NCBI GenBank assembly: GCA_037447605.1
Contig: CM074809.1
Span: 3,710,689 to 3,774,688, forward strand
DNA: 64,000 nt
Direction of reading: 5' to 3'
Source of the DNA: Zygnema circumcarinatum SAG 698-1b
Lineage: Eukaryota; Plantae; Zygnematophyceae
Made by a program: the position numbers and the translations under genes. Positions 60,399-64,000 of this stretch are shown here, one piece after another. Within the stretch, counting starts at the first letter, position 1. Each line of letters starts with the position of its first letter. The notes under the pieces are model-generated. The model searched no databases. It saw nothing but the letters and a program-made list of their open reading frames with translations, and was not told where the DNA came from.

Positions 60399-60911
60399 AT
60401 GATGTTCAGTCCAGCCGGCATTGACTTTCTTACATGCTGCCCCTCCAAGTACAACAACCACTGCGACGACTTGTTCCTCCTCTCCGTACCCTCCGCAGAC
60501 GACATGGCGCTGCCTCCTCTCCCTCCCTCCAGCGACCTTTCTCCCTCTCCCTCTCCCTCTCCCGCCACCGAGTCCGCAACCTCCCCCGCAGAGAGCCCAC
60601 GTCTGCCGTCACCAATGAAGGCAAAAGAAGAAGCGTGCGATAGGTCAGAAAAGAGAGGCAGAGCGGCGGCTGCCGAGAGCCGTAAGAGCGAGGCGGAGCT
60701 TTGGCTTCCGGAAGTCCCCGACCTCGAGGCGGCATTTTGGTCCTACGACCACCTCCTCTCCGACGGCTTCCGGGAAATATCCGCCGGCTCTACGAGCGGG
60801 AGGGCAGCGGAAACCCCTCGTGAGGTATGGCAGATTCTGCGCTCTGCCAAAGACAAGGGTCTCAGCGGACGAATGTGCACAAAGATAACTTCAAGCAGTG
60901 TCAGAGGGAGG

Positions 60912-60987
<76 letters not shown>

Positions 60988-63851
60988 GAGTGTTCGTTGG
61001 TGTTGTGCTTATTTCTGCGGGAGAGGGAGTGCAGGGCCTTGCATCTGCGTCCTCGCTGTACGATGAGGAGACACGCCCTGGCGGGTGCGCGCTGGACGGC
61101 CGCCATGGATTTGAGCCCACCCTCTGGGAAGACGTGTTCGGGGAGGAGAGGCAGCTGGTCGAGGCACCCCAAGAAGGGCCCGCAGGTCGACCCAAGGTAT
61201 TGACACGTGGCGTCCTCTGTGGCCTCCTTTAACAACAGAGTGCATAACATATCCCTTCCTTGTCTCTTCTTTTCTCGGATTTCTTTTCTGCTTGTGTGTG
61301 TTCTGTGGGACTGTGGGGCTGCCCCTTCCCCTTCCCCTTCCCCTTCCCCTTCCCCTTCCCCTTTCCCCTATTGTTGTGACACGTGGCGGCGCGGGAGGGG
61401 TGGCAGGTGGCGGCCCGGCGAGGCCGCAACCCGCTCGCGCTGAAGCCTGTGGCGGAGCGCGGGGAGCCGTACTCCGCGGCGGAGAGGCAGCAGCGGCTGG
61501 AGAGGTTCAGGAGGAAGAGGCAACGGGCGCGGGCCCTGCTGCAGGTGGGACTCTATCATGGGCCTCTATCTCTCTCTCTCTCTCGCTCGCTCTCTCTCTC
61601 TCGCGGTCTCTCTCTCTCTTTCATTCTCGCTGGCCTGTTCGCTCGCCCGCATCCCCTGCCCCCCAGTTCGTGATAACTTTTCATCAGCTAAATGTGTATC
61701 TTTATCTATATCTCTCTACATTTATCTGCCTCCCATCGCTCTCCCCTCTCTCCCACCCACCGTCGCCTCCCACAGAACGAGACCCTCCTCATCTATGCAT
61801 GTTGACCTTTCTCTCCCACTCCCCCCCCCTGCCTCTCTCGCTCCTTCCTTTCCTCCCTCTCTCCCACTCTCTCTCCACCCTCTTTTTCCCTGTACGAGCG
61901 ATGGCCTCCCAGAAACTAAAAATGCACCCCTTTCCCCCCCCCCTCCTCCCTCCGGTCTCCCTCCCTTCCGACCTCCTCCCTCCCTTCCCACCTCCTCCCT
62001 CCGGTCTCCCTCCCTTCCGACCTCCTCCCTCCCTTCCCACCTCCTCCCTCCCGTCTCCCTCCCTTCCCACCTCCTCCCTCCCGTCTCCCTCCCTTCCCTC
62101 CCACCTCCTCCCTCCGACCTCTCCCTCCCTTCCCACCTCCTCCCTCCCGTCTCCCTCCCTTCCGACCTCCTCCCTCCCTTCCGACCTCCTCCCTCCCTTC
62201 CCACCTCCTCCCTCCCTTCCTACCTCTCCCTCCCGTCTCCCTCCCTTCCCACCTCCTCCCTCCGGTCTCCCTCCCTCCCGACCTCCTCCCTCCCTTCCCA
62301 CCTCCTCCCTCCCCCGTCTCCCTCCCTTCCCACCTCCTCCCTCCCGTCTCCCTCCCCTTCCCACCTCCTCCCTCCCATCTCCCTCCCTTCCCACCTCCTC
62401 CCTCCCTTCCCACCTCCTCCCTCCCTTCCTACCTCTCCCTCCCGTCTCCCTCCCTTCCCACCTCCTCCCTCCTCTCTCCCTCCCTTCCCACCACCTCTCT
62501 CACTCCCCCTTCTCTCTCCTCTCCTCAGGTGATCCCCCCAGCAGCTTCCCCCCCTTCCCAGCCGACCTCCATCCCCGAAGCTTCCGCTCTCCTGCGGCAG
62601 CACGCGCGCCTTCTTAGCGACCTCCCCGCATTGGAGCACTCCCTCTCCGGCTGCCCTGCCCCCAAAGTACGGGCAGCTGCCTGGGAACTTTTACGGGCAC
62701 TTAAGGACTCCACTGCCACCTCCGCATTGCGCCCTTTCCATGCTTTGGAACAGTCCCAATTGTCGCAATGCAGCCCAATTCAGAAGGGCCCAATTGCTCT
62801 TTCAAGGCAAGGGGGCATGGAAGATGGGGGTTTGCAGTTCAGTGATATTATTCAGTGGTCGATGAGCATGAAGGAGAGGCTCACCGGAGGGATGAGAAAG
62901 GCGGCGGTTTCTGTAGACTTGAAGAGAACGGCTTCGTCGGAAAACTCGGAATGCTCAGCAAGCTATGAGGGGGGCTCAGTTGGGGGGGTAGCTGCAGGAG
63001 GGAGTGTGAATCCGGGAACTTTTCTGAATACTTGTCAGTTGACAGAGTTTCAAGCAGATCGACTTAATACAAGTCCAGGAATGGGTACAGAAGGAGTTCC
63101 CCTCTTGCAATCCCTATCAAATGCTTCTGCTTCGGTTGAGTTTTTCCAGCAAAAGGGGTTGGTGATTCCGAGCCAGAATTCCACTGACGATGTTTTGGAG
63201 AAAGCATTGGAACGGGAGGTGGTGGGAGCTCCAATGCTACTCAACATCGAGCATGGTGAGAAAGAGGAAAACGGTGTGTTTGACCCCACTTTGGAAGATC
63301 CTTTTGCCACCTCTTCTCCTGCCATCTCCTCCCACACTACAACATCAGACATGTGGTTGGAAGAAGAGCTCCTATTGGATGTAGCTCTCTCCCCCTCAGC
63401 CTCCCCCTGCGAGGCTGCAATAGGGCAGCAAACTACTTCCACTGCGTTGCCTGCGTTGCCAAACTTTCAAAACGATCTCAGCTTGGCTTTGGAAACAGCT
63501 TCTATAGACCAGGCCTCTACTAAGAAGGCGAATGGGGAGGTAATGAAAGAGGTCGACAAGCTGAAGCCGAAAAGCAGATTATTGCCTTGTAGAGAAGCAG
63601 TAAGAAAATCTTTGACCTTGCAGGGCAGCCATGGCGAAGGCGGTCCAACGACTCCTCCTGCGAGCGATCCACGACTGAAGAAGGAGAAGGAGAAGAAGGA
63701 GAAGGAGAGGGAGAGGGAGAGGGAAAAGGAGAGGGGAAGGCGTCAGCAGAGACGGACAGAGGAGACTGCAGATTTGAATGAAGATGATACATGGCGGCTC
63801 CTAGTCAGCAGCCTTCATTCTCGAGGGGTAATGTCAAGCGGCATGCTCTGA
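60399..63851 (+). CDS. Protein with N-terminal half of a CCT motif plus the shared helical motif (family member 3); exons 60399(or 60504)-60824, 61035-61196, 61407-61544, 62529-63851
   Basis: All three introns are phase-0 GT-AG. Exon 3 ends YSAAERQQRLERFRRKRQRARALLQ (CCT-like), and the 440-codon last exon contains KVRAAAWELLRALKDS. Confidence 0.75.
61920..62525. repeat. Pyrimidine-rich minisatellite/low-complexity tract (CTCCCTCCCTTCCCACCTCC-type units) in intron
   Basis: Direct inspection. Confidence 0.9.
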
Positions 63852-64000
63852 GGCATTAAGGCTTGAAAATTAGGGTTACGATGGGAGGAAGATCGGGCCA
63901 GGTATCGATTACACAACTAAGATAGGCACTGGTTCAGCAATTTTCTGCCTGTTTACCTCACTGGAATATTCGTGGTTTCCTTGGAGACTCGGAGAGTTTG

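Noticed and set aside
61292-62617. 441-aa Pro/Ser-rich ORF
   Set aside because: It is mostly the intronic pyrimidine minisatellite and is out of frame with the supported exons.

Overview
Eukaryotic, intron-rich, gene-dense genomic window with plant-type genes. The organism is probably a streptophyte green alga or other early-diverging plant; this is an inference from gene content and intron style. There are about 15 protein-coding genes: two tandem ZIFL-type MFS transporters, a signal-peptide-bearing SABP2/MES-family esterase, three paralogous divergent SLC18/DHA1-like MFS transporters, a plastid SOUL haem-binding protein, a SIK1/Ste20 kinase (cut by an assembly gap), TMEM128, an ABHD-type alpha/beta hydrolase, an AVT6 amino-acid transporter, a KIAA0930/DUF2045 protein, and three largely low-complexity orphan proteins. 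The three orphans share an apparently unnamed helical motif, and one of them carries only the first half of a CCT domain. Mobile DNA comprises two copies of a TA-flanked MITE with 28-bp terminal inverted repeats, one of which contains a 5'-truncated restriction-like-endonuclease (CRE-type) non-LTR retrotransposon with an 8-bp target site duplication (TSD), plus a second 3' end of a related LINE. Many introns are filled with very long (CT)n, (CCCT)n or (GAT)n tracts, which generate most of the spurious long ORFs. All gene models were spliced by eye from GT/GC-AG sites and family motifs; no database searches were run.
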